Assembly: GCA_049303905.1 (NCBI GenBank)
Contig: JBAQNP010000020.1
Span: forward strand, 5,584-69,583
From: Candidatus Moraniibacteriota bacterium
GTDB taxonomy: Bacteria; Patescibacteriota; Minisyncoccia; Moranbacterales; UBA2206
DNA: 64,000 bases
Direction: 5' to 3'
Part shown: positions 26,372 through 35,184 of the stretch, piece by piece
How the letters are laid out: each line of letters opens with the position of its first letter
Position numbering within the stretch: position 1 is the stretch's first letter
Program-made: the position numbers and the translations under genes
The notes under the pieces: generated by a model
What the model was told of the DNA's origin: nothing
Databases searched by the model: none
What the model saw: the letters and a program-made list of their open reading frames with translations, nothing else

Positions 26372-27724
26372 ATGAAATTCGCATTGTTCGTATCGCTTAT
26401 GCGTATTGCAATTTTTACTAATAACTATTTACCTAATCCCTATGGCGTGACGCGGTCGATTGAAACATTTCGACGCGAGATGGAAAAACAGGGGAATGAG
26501 GTCTTTATTTTTGCTCCGTACTGGAAAAATTATAAGGATGTCAATAAAAATGTTTTTCGTTTTCCTTCATTTGATATTGAAATTAAATTTCGCTTTCCTT
26601 TGGCGATTCCATATTCCTGGAAAATTGATAAGATAATAAAGAATCTTGATCTGGATGTGATTCATGCTCAGCATCCCAATCTTCTTGGAAGCGTGGCAAT
26701 GAAATGGGCGAAGAGGAAAAAGATTCCCTTGATTTTTACTTGGCACACTCTTTATGATCAATATACTAATTTTGTGCCGTTTGTCCCAGCAAAAATTTCG
26801 GCCGGATATATTATCAAAAAAGCGGTTAAATTTGCTAACTTGGCGGACGCCGTAATTGTGCCGACAGATTCAATCATTCCAATTATTCGAAAATGGGGGG
26901 TGAAAAATTGTCATCCTGAATTTACCTTGCCTACCGGCAGGCAGGTTTCAGGATCTAAAAAAGAGATGCTGAAACAAGTTCAGCATGACAGAATATATGC
27001 TATCCCGACAGGAGTTCTTGAGGAAGAATTTGAAAATCCTGATAGAAATAAAATAAGAAAAAAATATAATATAAAAGATGATGAAACTGTTCTGTTTATG
27101 GTTTCCCGATTAACTGCGGAAAAAAATGTTGAATTTATTTTTCGATCAATTAAGAATATTCTAGCGGACAGTCCGCTAGAGGGCGGACTGTCCGCGCTTA
27201 ATGTTAAATTTCTAGTTGTAGGAGATGGGTATCTCAGGAATAATTTAGAAGAATATTGCCGACGGGAAAATATTTCAGAAAAAATAATTTTTTGCGGAGA
27301 AGTAGAAAGGCAAGAAATTAAAAATTATTTTGCTTCTGCGGATATTTTTGTCTATGGCTCAAAATCAGAAACGCAAGGAATGATAATCACCGAGGCGATG
27401 TATATGGGGCTCCCAATCGTGGCAGTTTCGGCGACCGGGATAAATAGTTTAGTTTTGAATAATGGCAATGGATTTTTAGTAGAAGAAAATTCACCCTGTG
27501 GAATACCGCTACGCGGTAGCGACAAAGTCGCTATTCCACAGGGCGAGAAAGAATTTGAAAAAGCAGTTTTTAAATTGATTAACGACAAAGATTTACGAAA
27601 AAAATTTGGCGAAACTTCCGCGCGTATCGCTAGAATTAATTTCACCTCTTCGATTTGCGCCGAGAAAATTTTGAAAGTTTATAATAACCTTATTGAAAGT
27701 AAAAAAAGACATTATTCTAGATGA
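26372..27724 (+). CDS. Glycosyltransferase family 4 (GT-B, group 1)
   Basis: The C-terminal domain has GSKSETQGMIITEAMYMGLPIVA (the EX7E region). The true start is probably MRIAIF at 26399, because the first 9 codons lie inside a gcgaat-repeat array. The CDS holds three different palindromic insertions (26909-26990, 27160-27196, 27493-27545). Confidence 0.8.
   Translation: MKFALFVSLMRIAIFTNNYLPNPYGVTRSIETFRREMEKQGNEVFIFAPYWKNYKDVNKNVFRFPSFDIEIKFRFPLAIPYSWKIDKIIKNLDLDVIHAQHPNLLGSVAMKWAKRKKIPLIFTWHTLYDQYTNFVPFVPAKISAGYIIKKAVKFANLADAVIVPTDSIIPIIRKWGVKNCHPEFTLPTGRQVSGSKKEMLKQVQHDRIYAIPTGVLEEEFENPDRNKIRKKYNIKDDETVLFMVSRLTAEKNVEFIFRSIKNILADSPLEGGLSALNVKFLVVGDGYLRNNLEEYCRRENISEKIIFCGEVERQEIKNYFASADIFVYGSKSETQGMIITEAMYMGLPIVAVSATGINSLVLNNGNGFLVEENSPCGIPLRGSDKVAIPQGEKEFEKAVFKLINDKDLRKKFGETSARIARINFTSSICAEKILKVYNNLIESKKRHYSR
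26909..26990 (+). repeat. Double-hairpin element family 2 copy, in-frame inside the GT4 gene (encodes CHPEFTLPTGRQVSGSKKEMLKQVQHD)
   Basis: tgtcatcctgaattt...ttcaggatc...gagatgctgaaacaagttcagcatgaca. The same element is intergenic at 31308, 40896 and 53703. This copy also carries an inner ccggcaggcagg palindrome. Confidence 0.7.
27160..27196 (+). repeat. GC-rich perfect 13-bp hairpin (gcggacagtccgc-tagagg-gcggactgtccgc) in-frame in the GT4 gene
   Basis: Seen directly. Encodes LADSPLEGGLSAL. Confidence 0.6.
27493..27545 (+). repeat. Composite palindrome ccctgtggaata...tattccacaggg (family 5) in-frame in the GT4 gene
   Basis: 12-bp terminal inverted repeats enclose two inner palindromes (gctacgcggtagc, agcgacaaagtcgct). 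The same terminal repeat bounds a 94-nt region upstream of glmS. Confidence 0.6.
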
Positions 27725-29976
27725 ATTTTTTCTGAAAACTTTTTAAGGGAATCAGCTATTAGCGGATGCTCTTTTAACTTGGGATCGTTTTCTAATAAAT
27801 ATGCGGCTTCGGCACGGGCGAATTTAATGAGTTTTGTATTGCCTAAATTTTCCATAGCAATATCAGGCAAGCCTGATTGAATGGTGCCAAAGAATTGTCC
27901 TGGACCACGTAATTTCAAATCATGCTCAGAAATTTCAAAACCATCATTGGTTTTTTCCATTATTCTTAAACGCGTAGGGACTAAGCCCCCAATTGGGGAC
28001 TTAGTCCCTGAATTGGCAAACAAAAAACAATAAGATTGCTCTTTTCCTCGTCCAACTCGTCCGCGAAACTGATGCAATTGGGTGAGACCAAATCTCTCGG
28101 CGTTTTCAATGACTATTACAGTTGCATTGGGAATATCGATGCCAACTTCTACTACAGATGTAGAAACTAAAATATCAAAATTTTTATTTTTAAAATCTTC
28201 CATCACTTCTTCTTTTTCTTTAGCTTTCATTTTCCCATGAAGAAGCCCAAGCTTAAATTCAGAAAATATAACTTGGGATAATCTCTCGTGTTCCTCTTTG
28301 ACGGCTTTGACATCGATCATACTTTCAGAAAGTGATTCCTCGACTAATGGCAAAATAACAAAAGCTTGTCGACCTTTTTTTATTTCACTGCGAATGAAAT
28401 CATAGACTTTTTCTCGATCATTCGGGGTAATTATTTTAGTAATAATATTTTTTCTATTTTTAGGCATTTCATCTAAAATTGACAAATCTAAACTGCCAAA
28501 ATAGGCGATGGCCAGCGTTCGTGGAATTGGCGTAGCGGTCATAGTTAAAAGATGGGGGATAACTTTTTTATTCCCATCATCGATATTCATAGTTTCACTT
28601 TGGAGTGTTGCGCGTTGATTGACGCCAAAACGATGCTGTTCATCGATAATCACCAGTGCTAGATTTTTAAATCGAACATCTTTTTGAATTAGCGCGTGAG
28701 TGCCGATAACTAACTGCACTTCATCTGTTTGGATAGATGATAGCAACTCAGAGCGAGTTGTGTTTTTTATAGTTCGAGTATAATTTTTAATTTTCAATTT
28801 GCAATTTTCAATCAATTTTAAATTTTCAATTTTCAAATCTTGATTTACTTTTGGTTCTGAAATTAATTTATATGAGCTAGTTAACAAAGCTATTTTTATA
28901 TTGTAATTTTTAAAAATATCACAAAAACTTTCAAAATGTTGGCGAGCCAAGACTTCTGTTGGCGCCATAAGAGCCGTTTGATATCCGGCGGAAATTGTTT
29001 GTAGTGCGGAAATGGCGGAAACAATTGTTTTTCCAGAACCAACATCACCATTAAGCAGTCGATTCATGGGGCATGGTCTTTCTAAATCTTTCAAAATTTC
29101 GAAAGTTGCCTTTCTTTGAACGTCAGTGAGCTTGAAGGGTAATTCGAGCGTGAATTTCTTAATTAATTTTTCATCAAATTTTATTTTGTTAGAATCTTTT
29201 TCTTTCCAGTTTTTTCTAATTTCCAAAGTTCTGATTTGCACTAGAAACATTTCTTGAAAGGCCATTCTTTTTTGGGCGCGAATAAGCTTTTCCATATCAT
29301 CAGGGAAATGAATTTGCGAGAGGGTAGTATAGATATCGGATAGATTATATTTTTTTCGAATTTCAATAGACAAAATATCAGGTATATTTTTAGCTAAAGG
29401 CAAGAGGGTTTTTATCTGCCAGCGAATCCATTTGGAAGTTATGCCGGAAGTTTCACTGTAGATTGGGACGAGTCTTCCAGTGTTAGTGGCATCGCGAGTG
29501 GATTTTTCAAAGGCAGGATTACTCATAGAAAAATATTTCCCGCCTCGCGCCTGCCTCGCCGAGTCAAGGCGGGTCGACGAGCAGTTGTCTCCGCGAGTCG
29601 AGGCGGGCCCACTCATTCCAAGTTTTCCAGAAAATCTTGCGGTGGAGCCAATGGGAAAATTTTCTAATATATAAGGCTGATTAAACCATACAGCCTTGAG
29701 AAGATTTCCATTTTGATCCTCGAGGACGATTTCCGTGATGGTCATTTTTCGACGAAAGAGTCGATTGTTTTTGGCTTTGATAATTTTGCCTTCGACTGTA
29801 ATAGCTTGCCCAACGAAATCATTTGAAAGCGAAACGGTTTTGGAAAAATCATCATAACGAAAAGGAAGATATAATAAAAGATCTTTGATTGTAAGAAGTC
29901 CGAGTTTTTCCAAAACACGGATATATTTAGGTGTAATGCGGGGGACAGATTTTAGTGAAGTGTTTATGTCTAGCAT
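27712..29976 (-). CDS. recG: ATP-dependent DNA helicase RecG
   Basis: 754 aa with the wedge domain and helicase motifs (DVGSGKT, DEQHRFGV). Contains in-frame insertions: a nested family 1 GC palindrome (29539-29608) and an AT-rich attttcaa repeat block (28783-28838). Confidence 0.9.
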   Translation of the reverse strand: MLDINTSLKSVPRITPKYIRVLEKLGLLTIKDLLLYLPFRYDDFSKTVSLSNDFVGQAITVEGKIIKAKNNRLFRRKMTITEIVLEDQNGNLLKAVWFNQPYILENFPIGSTARFSGKLGMSGPASTRGDNCSSTRLDSARQARGGKYFSMSNPAFEKSTRDATNTGRLVPIYSETSGITSKWIRWQIKTLLPLAKNIPDILSIEIRKKYNLSDIYTTLSQIHFPDDMEKLIRAQKRMAFQEMFLVQIRTLEIRKNWKEKDSNKIKFDEKLIKKFTLELPFKLTDVQRKATFEILKDLERPCPMNRLLNGDVGSGKTIVSAISALQTISAGYQTALMAPTEVLARQHFESFCDIFKNYNIKIALLTSSYKLISEPKVNQDLKIENLKLIENCKLKIKNYTRTIKNTTRSELLSSIQTDEVQLVIGTHALIQKDVRFKNLALVIIDEQHRFGVNQRATLQSETMNIDDGNKKVIPHLLTMTATPIPRTLAIAYFGSLDLSILDEMPKNRKNIITKIITPNDREKVYDFIRSEIKKGRQAFVILPLVEESLSESMIDVKAVKEEHERLSQVIFSEFKLGLLHGKMKAKEKEEVMEDFKNKNFDILVSTSVVEVGIDIPNATVIVIENAERFGLTQLHQFRGRVGRGKEQSYCFLFANSGTKSPIGGLVPTRLRIMEKTNDGFEISEHDLKLRGPGQFFGTIQSGLPDIAMENLGNTKLIKFARAEAAYLLENDPKLKEHPLIADSLKKFSEKIHLE
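29539..29608 (+). repeat. Family 1 GC-rich palindromic element, nested/duplicated copy, in-frame in recG
   Basis: cccgcctcgcg + cctgcctcgccgagtcaaggcggg + tcgacgagcagttgtctccgcgagtcgaggcggg. On the - strand it encodes PASTRGDNCSSTRLDSARQARGG. Confidence 0.75.
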
Positions 29977-30063
29977 AAACTAAGTATAAGATAAAAAGGG
30001 AAAAGGAGAAAGTTTGAATAGAATAGTTGTAAAAAAACATTATTTATAGTAGTGTAAATCTAT

Positions 30064-30136
30064 GTCCTTATAGCTCAGTGGATAGAGCGTCTGGTTGCGG
30101 TCCAGAAGGTCGCAGGTTCGATTCCTGCTAAGGACA
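30064..30136 (+). tRNA. tRNA-Arg, anticodon read as GCG
   Basis: 73-nt cloverleaf: acceptor gtcctta/taaggac, D-arm gctc-agtggata-gagc, anticodon stem tctgg/ccaga with loop ttGCGgt, T-arm gcagg-ttcgatt-cctgc. CCA is not encoded. Confidence 0.8.
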
Positions 30137-30309
30137 CATTTATTATATAAAAATACGTAATTAATCACGTATTCTTTTTTATTAAAAACGCGAAACAGCG
30201 ATCAGGATAATCGCCGATAAAATCAAAAGTATAATTGTGAAAGCATATCTTTTCATAAAACATAATACAATCAGAACCGGCTTTTGTTTCTTGAAAAATA
30301 CTAGGGGGC

Positions 30310-31299
30310 GTGATAGACTCGAATTATAAGCAATCTAAATTAAAAATTATGAAAATTCAAGAAATATTTAATGAAGCGGTTAAAATAGGAATTGAAAATG
30401 ATTTTCGTAACCAAGAGGAGATCCAAAACTATTTAAAAAGACAAAAAGAGCTATATGAAAAAATGCCCAAAGAGGAAAAGGACTATTTTGACAAGGAAAA
30501 ACTGACCAATCCCTATTCTGATACCAGAATTCATAATGATAATGGAGTAAAAAATATCAAAAAAGCAATAGTCGGAATTGACCTTTCAATGGGCGGATTG
30601 CTTTTGGCCAAAGAATTGGGCGTGGATTTGGTTATCAATCATCATCCAATCGGGCTGGCTTTGACAGGCCTAGATGATGTGATGAATTATCAAATTGATT
30701 TTTTGGAAAAATTCGGCATTCCAGTTAACATCGCGGAAAAATTATTGCACAAAAGAATTTCTGAAGTAGCGCGTGGGATAAATCCGGCTAATCATTATGT
30801 GACGGTGGACGCAGCCAGGCTTTTGAAAATAAATTTGATGAATATACATACTCCGGGGGATAATTGTGGGGCGATGTACCTGACAAAACTTATTGAAAAA
30901 AATAACCCGCGTTATGTGAGTGATATTTTGGAAATTCTTATGAAAATTCCAGAATACCAAGAAGCCAAAAGACAAGGCGCAGGGCCAATGCTTTTTGCTG
31001 GTACGCCTAATAATCGGGCGGGAAAAGTTGTAGTTTCTGAATTTACCGGCGGGACAGAAGGCTCCAAAGAAATATATCAAGCCATGGCTAATGTTGGCAT
31101 TGGAACAATAATTGCCATGCATCTGAGCGAAGATCACAAGAAAGAAGCCGAAAAAGCTAATATCAATGTGGTAGTGGCTGGGCATATCTCCAGTGATTCA
31201 TTGGGAATGAATATTATTTTGGATAAATTAGAAAAGAAAGGACTTGAGATAATTCCATTTAGTGGACTAATCAGAATAAAACGCAATAAGAAAAAATGA
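30310..31299 (+). CDS. Nif3 (YqfO/YbgI) family metal-binding protein
   Basis: INHHPIG near the N-terminus and VAGHISSDSLGMN near the C-terminus, the conserved His clusters of Nif3. Confidence 0.65.
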   Translation: MIDSNYKQSKLKIMKIQEIFNEAVKIGIENDFRNQEEIQNYLKRQKELYEKMPKEEKDYFDKEKLTNPYSDTRIHNDNGVKNIKKAIVGIDLSMGGLLLAKELGVDLVINHHPIGLALTGLDDVMNYQIDFLEKFGIPVNIAEKLLHKRISEVARGINPANHYVTVDAARLLKINLMNIHTPGDNCGAMYLTKLIEKNNPRYVSDILEILMKIPEYQEAKRQGAGPMLFAGTPNNRAGKVVVSEFTGGTEGSKEIYQAMANVGIGTIIAMHLSEDHKKEAEKANINVVVAGHISSDSLGMNIILDKLEKKGLEIIPFSGLIRIKRNKKK

Positions 31300-31307
31300 C
31301 ACGCAAG

Positions 31308-31371
31308 TGTCATCCTGAATTTATTTCAGGATCTAAACAATAGAGATGCTGAAAGCAAGTTCAGCATGACA
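31308..31371 (+). repeat. Double-hairpin element family 2 copy (intergenic, between the nif3-like and M16 genes)
   Basis: tgtcatcctgaatttatttcaggatc...gagatgctgaaagcaagttcagcatgaca. Confidence 0.7.
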
Positions 31372-31376
31372 ATATT

Positions 31377-32651
31377 ATGAAACATAAAAAAACTACTCTC
31401 AAAAATGGTCTCAAGATAATCACGGCCCCAATGCGGGAAACTCAAACAGTGACAGTAATGGTGATGATTGGTGTGGGGTCGCGCTACGAAAGTGAAAAAG
31501 AAGCGGGACTTTCGCATTTTATCGAACATATGTTTTTTAAGGGTACCAAAAAAAGACCAACGACTCTTATGATTTCAGAAGAGTTGGAATCAATCGGTGG
31601 AGAATTCAACGCTTTTACTGCCAAAGACAAAACAATGTATTATGTCAAAGTTGATGCTAAGCACATTGAAACGGCAATGGATGTGTTGAGTGATATGTAT
31701 CTAAATTCCAAATTAGAAACGGTGGAAATTGAAAAAGAAAAAGGCACAATTGTTCAGGAGCTCAATATGTATGAGGATTTGCCGATGAGAAAAGTAGAAG
31801 AAGTTTTTGAAGAGATGCTTTATCCAAAAAACAGCTTAGGGCGAGAAATTGTAGGTAGTAAAAAAACAATCAATTCATTCAAGCGTCAAGATTTTGTTGG
31901 ATTTATGAAAAAGTTCTATGTGGCTAATGATACGGCTGTATCAGTAGCCGGAAATTTTAATGAAAAGAAAATAGTTGAAAGGATTGGAAAATATTTTTCC
32001 AAAATGCCAAAAGGAAAGAAGATAAAAATTTCTAGCGTTAAGGAGGAACAAAAAAAACCAGAAGTGAAAATTAAATTTAAAAAAACCGACCAGACGCATT
32101 TGGTTTTGGGAGTGCGAGCTTACAAAAGAAATCACAAGGATCGATATGCTTTGGCGTTAATGTCAATTATTCTTGGCGGTGGAATGTCTAGTCGACTTTT
32201 CATTGAAGTACGAGAAAAAAGAGGTTTGACCTATTATGTGCGAACAGGCATTGAAACTTATGAAGATGCGGGTTATGTTTCAACTAGCGCTGGAGTGGAA
32301 CACAAAAATTTAGAAGAAGCTGTTCGAGTTATTCTTACTGAATATAAAAAAATCGCCGAGGAGAAGGTGAGCGAAAAAGAATTGCAAAAAGCCAAGGATT
32401 TTGTCAAAGGCCGAGCGGTTATGGGCATGGAATCATCGGACGAAGTGGCAATGTTTTTTGTTGATCAAGAAGTTTCTAATGGAAAGATTTCCACCCTGGA
32501 AGAGAAATTCAAGCTTATTGATAAAGTCAGTATAGATGATATACTAAGAGTAGCAAAAGATGTTTTTCGCCAAAATAGGCTTAATTTAGCAGTTATTGGA
32601 CCGCACAAAAATAGTGAAAAGTTGAAAAAGGAATTAGAGAAATTGGTCTGA
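31377..32651 (+). CDS. Peptidase M16 family (pitrilysin-like) zinc protease
   Basis: HFIEH inverted zincin motif (HxxEH) and the downstream E. Confidence 0.8.
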   Translation: MKHKKTTLKNGLKIITAPMRETQTVTVMVMIGVGSRYESEKEAGLSHFIEHMFFKGTKKRPTTLMISEELESIGGEFNAFTAKDKTMYYVKVDAKHIETAMDVLSDMYLNSKLETVEIEKEKGTIVQELNMYEDLPMRKVEEVFEEMLYPKNSLGREIVGSKKTINSFKRQDFVGFMKKFYVANDTAVSVAGNFNEKKIVERIGKYFSKMPKGKKIKISSVKEEQKKPEVKIKFKKTDQTHLVLGVRAYKRNHKDRYALALMSIILGGGMSSRLFIEVREKRGLTYYVRTGIETYEDAGYVSTSAGVEHKNLEEAVRVILTEYKKIAEEKVSEKELQKAKDFVKGRAVMGMESSDEVAMFFVDQEVSNGKISTLEEKFKLIDKVSIDDILRVAKDVFRQNRLNLAVIGPHKNSEKLKKELEKLV

Positions 32652-32654
32652 GAT

Positions 32655-32807
32655 GAGGACTTGCATATTTAAAAATACTGAACGCGCTACGGCGCGAAAA
32701 ATATTTTTAAAAATAAAGTCCCGACATATTCGTAAAGATTAAATTAATGCTAGAATTTCTTAAGCGCCTCCGTAAGCTCTCAATATTTTTAAATATACAA
32801 GTCCTAA
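32655..32807 (+). repeat. MITE-like element B, about 153 bp, terminal inverted repeats AGGACTTGcATATTTAAAAATA / TATTTTTAAATATACAAGTCCT
   Basis: Interior matches element A (gaacgcgctacggcgcg..., aaagtcccgacat, ttaagcgcctccgtaagctctcaat). Confidence 0.7.
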
Positions 32808-32827
32808 AAGAAAGGAAATAAAATTTC

Positions 32828-33835
32828 ATGGAAACACAATCAAAAAAAGTAGAAATTTCAACTAGTATTGTGCTCAAAACTATAGTGATTCTTTTGGGTC
32901 TGTGGTTTTTGTTTTTGGTGCGGGATATTATAATCTTGGTTTTTATCGCGGTTATTATCGCAGCCTCAATTGATCCGGGGGTGGATCTTCTTCAAAGAAA
33001 AAAAATTCCGCGTTCGGCTGGAGCAATGCTCATTTATGTGCTTTTGTTTTCCGTTCTAGCACTTATCGTGTCTTTTATGGTGCCGTCTATCGTCAGTCAA
33101 TTTAATGATTTTTCTCATAATTCTTCACAATATTTTGGAGACTTTGGAAGTATCATTAATTCTTCACAAAATTCTGGTATCAATAGAATCATCCAAGGTC
33201 TGGCTAATAATATTGAAAGTAGTTTTACTAACATTTCAACAAATATTTTTTCCAAAACCCTCGGAGTATTTTCTGGTTTGCTTTCGGTAGTGGTAGTTTT
33301 TTCAATGGCTTTCTATATGGTGATGGAAGAAAGCGGGATCAAAAAATTTATCGTTTCGATTATGCCGGAAAAAAACAAAACTTACGCCGCTAGTCTCACT
33401 GATAGAATTGAAGGTAAGATTGGAAAGTGGATGCTCGGGCAACTTTTTTTGATGCTCGTAATTTTTGTTTTGGATTTTATCGGGCTATATTTAGTTGGCG
33501 TGCCCTATCCTTTGCTTTTGGCGCTTTTTGCTGGAATTTTAGAAGTGGTGCCATATGTCGGACCGATAATCTCTGCCGTTCCGGGGATAATTTTGGGATT
33601 TTTGGTTTCTCCAACTGTGGGAATGATGGCTTTTGTGGTCTATCTTATTGCACAACAATTCGAGAGTCATGTGGTTATTCCGCTTACGATGAAAAAAGCA
33701 GTCGGACTCAATCCTGTGGTGACAATTGTCGCAATTCTAATCGGTTTCAAATTGGCGGGAGTGCTCGGCGCCATTATCTCTGTGCCGGCGGCTACAGCAG
33801 TCAGCTTGGTAGTTTCTGATTTAATGGAAAAATAG
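32828..33835 (+). CDS. AI-2E family transporter (PerM/UPF0118)
   Basis: 335 aa, 7-8 TM helices and the conserved PY.GPII region. Confidence 0.7.
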   Translation: METQSKKVEISTSIVLKTIVILLGLWFLFLVRDIIILVFIAVIIAASIDPGVDLLQRKKIPRSAGAMLIYVLLFSVLALIVSFMVPSIVSQFNDFSHNSSQYFGDFGSIINSSQNSGINRIIQGLANNIESSFTNISTNIFSKTLGVFSGLLSVVVVFSMAFYMVMEESGIKKFIVSIMPEKNKTYAASLTDRIEGKIGKWMLGQLFLMLVIFVLDFIGLYLVGVPYPLLLALFAGILEVVPYVGPIISAVPGIILGFLVSPTVGMMAFVVYLIAQQFESHVVIPLTMKKAVGLNPVVTIVAILIGFKLAGVLGAIISVPAATAVSLVVSDLMEK

Positions 33836-33855
33836 ATTATAAATAAATTTAATTT

Positions 33856-34569
33856 ATGGATAAAAATGCTCTGTATATAGTGGCAACTCCAATTGGGAAT
33901 TTAGCGGATATGACTTTTCGCGCTGTTGAGGTTTTGAAAAAAGTTGATTTGATTGTGTGTGAGGATACGCGAAACTCCAGAAAACTTCTAGATCACTACG
34001 AAATCAAAACTCCAACAATGTCATTCTATCAGAATATCAGGAAAGGTGGCGCGACCAAGCCAGTGCCAAAGTTAGATTTGATAATTCATGAGTTGAAAAA
34101 TGGGAAAAATGTGGCGCTCATAACTGACGCTGGAACCCCCGGAATTTCTGATCCAGGCAATCAACTGGTGGCAAGTGCTGTGGAAAATGATATTGTAATT
34201 GTGCCAATTCCAGGAGCGTCTACTATTTCTGCTATGATAAGTGTAGCCGGAATTGATTTGACGCAATTTGTTTTTTTAGGTTTTCCGCCCCACAAAAAAG
34301 GCCGAGAAACTTTTTTCAAAAAAGTTGTGGCTTTTGAGATGCCAGTTATTTATTTTGAATCTCCTCATCGCGTGATTAAGAATTTAAAGCTTTTAACAAG
34401 CTTATCAGGAGCTTGCCTGTCGATGAGGCAGGAAAAGAAAATTATTCTCGGCAGAGAACTCACAAAAATATTTGAAGAAATTGTGCGAGGAAGTTCGCAA
34501 GAAGTTTTGGAATATTTTCAAAACAATCAGGATAAGGTTAGAGGGGAATTTGTTGTAATAGTGCATTAA
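33856..34569 (+). CDS. rsmI: 16S rRNA (cytidine1402-2'-O)-methyltransferase RsmI
   Basis: LYIVATPIGNLADMTFRAVEVLKKVDLIVCEDTR is the RsmI N-terminus (tetrapyrrole methylase fold). Confidence 0.85.
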   Translation: MDKNALYIVATPIGNLADMTFRAVEVLKKVDLIVCEDTRNSRKLLDHYEIKTPTMSFYQNIRKGGATKPVPKLDLIIHELKNGKNVALITDAGTPGISDPGNQLVASAVENDIVIVPIPGASTISAMISVAGIDLTQFVFLGFPPHKKGRETFFKKVVAFEMPVIYFESPHRVIKNLKLLTSLSGACLSMRQEKKIILGRELTKIFEEIVRGSSQEVLEYFQNNQDKVRGEFVVIVH

Positions 34570-34601
34570 GAATCTTAAGTTACTTAAGTATCTTAGAAAA
34601 T

Positions 34602-35168
34602 ATGCAACCGTATAAAAAACTTTTTACATATTGGTTTTCAGTTGTTATTTATGATCATACTGTGGAATTTTGCAATCGGTGGATAAAAAGCTATAAATTA
34701 AAAGAGCAAATGAATGGTGCAGCTAGGAGCGGAAAACAAAACATCGTCGAAGGATCTGATGATATGGGAACCTCACTTAAAATTGCTATAAAACTTTCTG
34801 GCACATCTAAAGGTTCCTTAGAGGAATTAACTGGCGATTTAGAGGATTTTTTAAGGCAAAATAATCTTCGAAAATGGGATAAAAATAATCCAGGGACGCA
34901 AAAATTTCGCCAAGAAAGTTCAAAGTTGATAAAATATTTAGCAGAAACAAGAAATGAGGAAATTTTGAAAACGGTCAAATTACCGAAAGATCAGGAGAGA
35001 GCTACTAATTGGCTTTTGACTCTCTGTCATCAAGCAACATATCTTTTGAGTCGACAGATAAAAGCTCTTGAAGAAAAACATATGAAAGAAGGTGGCTTTA
35101 CGGAGAAATTATATAGCAAGAGAATAGAATATCGTGAAAAGCAAAGAAATAATTATTTAGAAGCTTAA
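34602..35168 (+). CDS. Four-helix-bundle protein (23S rRNA IVS / Avd-like family) with C-terminal extension
   Basis: ...AARSGKQNIVEGS...KGSLEELTGDLEDF matches the TIGR02436 pattern (S.P.NIAEG...GSL.EL.T). Confidence 0.55.
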   Translation: MQPYKKLFTYWFSVVIYDHTVEFCNRWIKSYKLKEQMNGAARSGKQNIVEGSDDMGTSLKIAIKLSGTSKGSLEELTGDLEDFLRQNNLRKWDKNNPGTQKFRQESSKLIKYLAETRNEEILKTVKLPKDQERATNWLLTLCHQATYLLSRQIKALEEKHMKEGGFTEKLYSKRIEYREKQRNNYLEA

Positions 35169-35184
35169 AATACTTAAGAAACCT

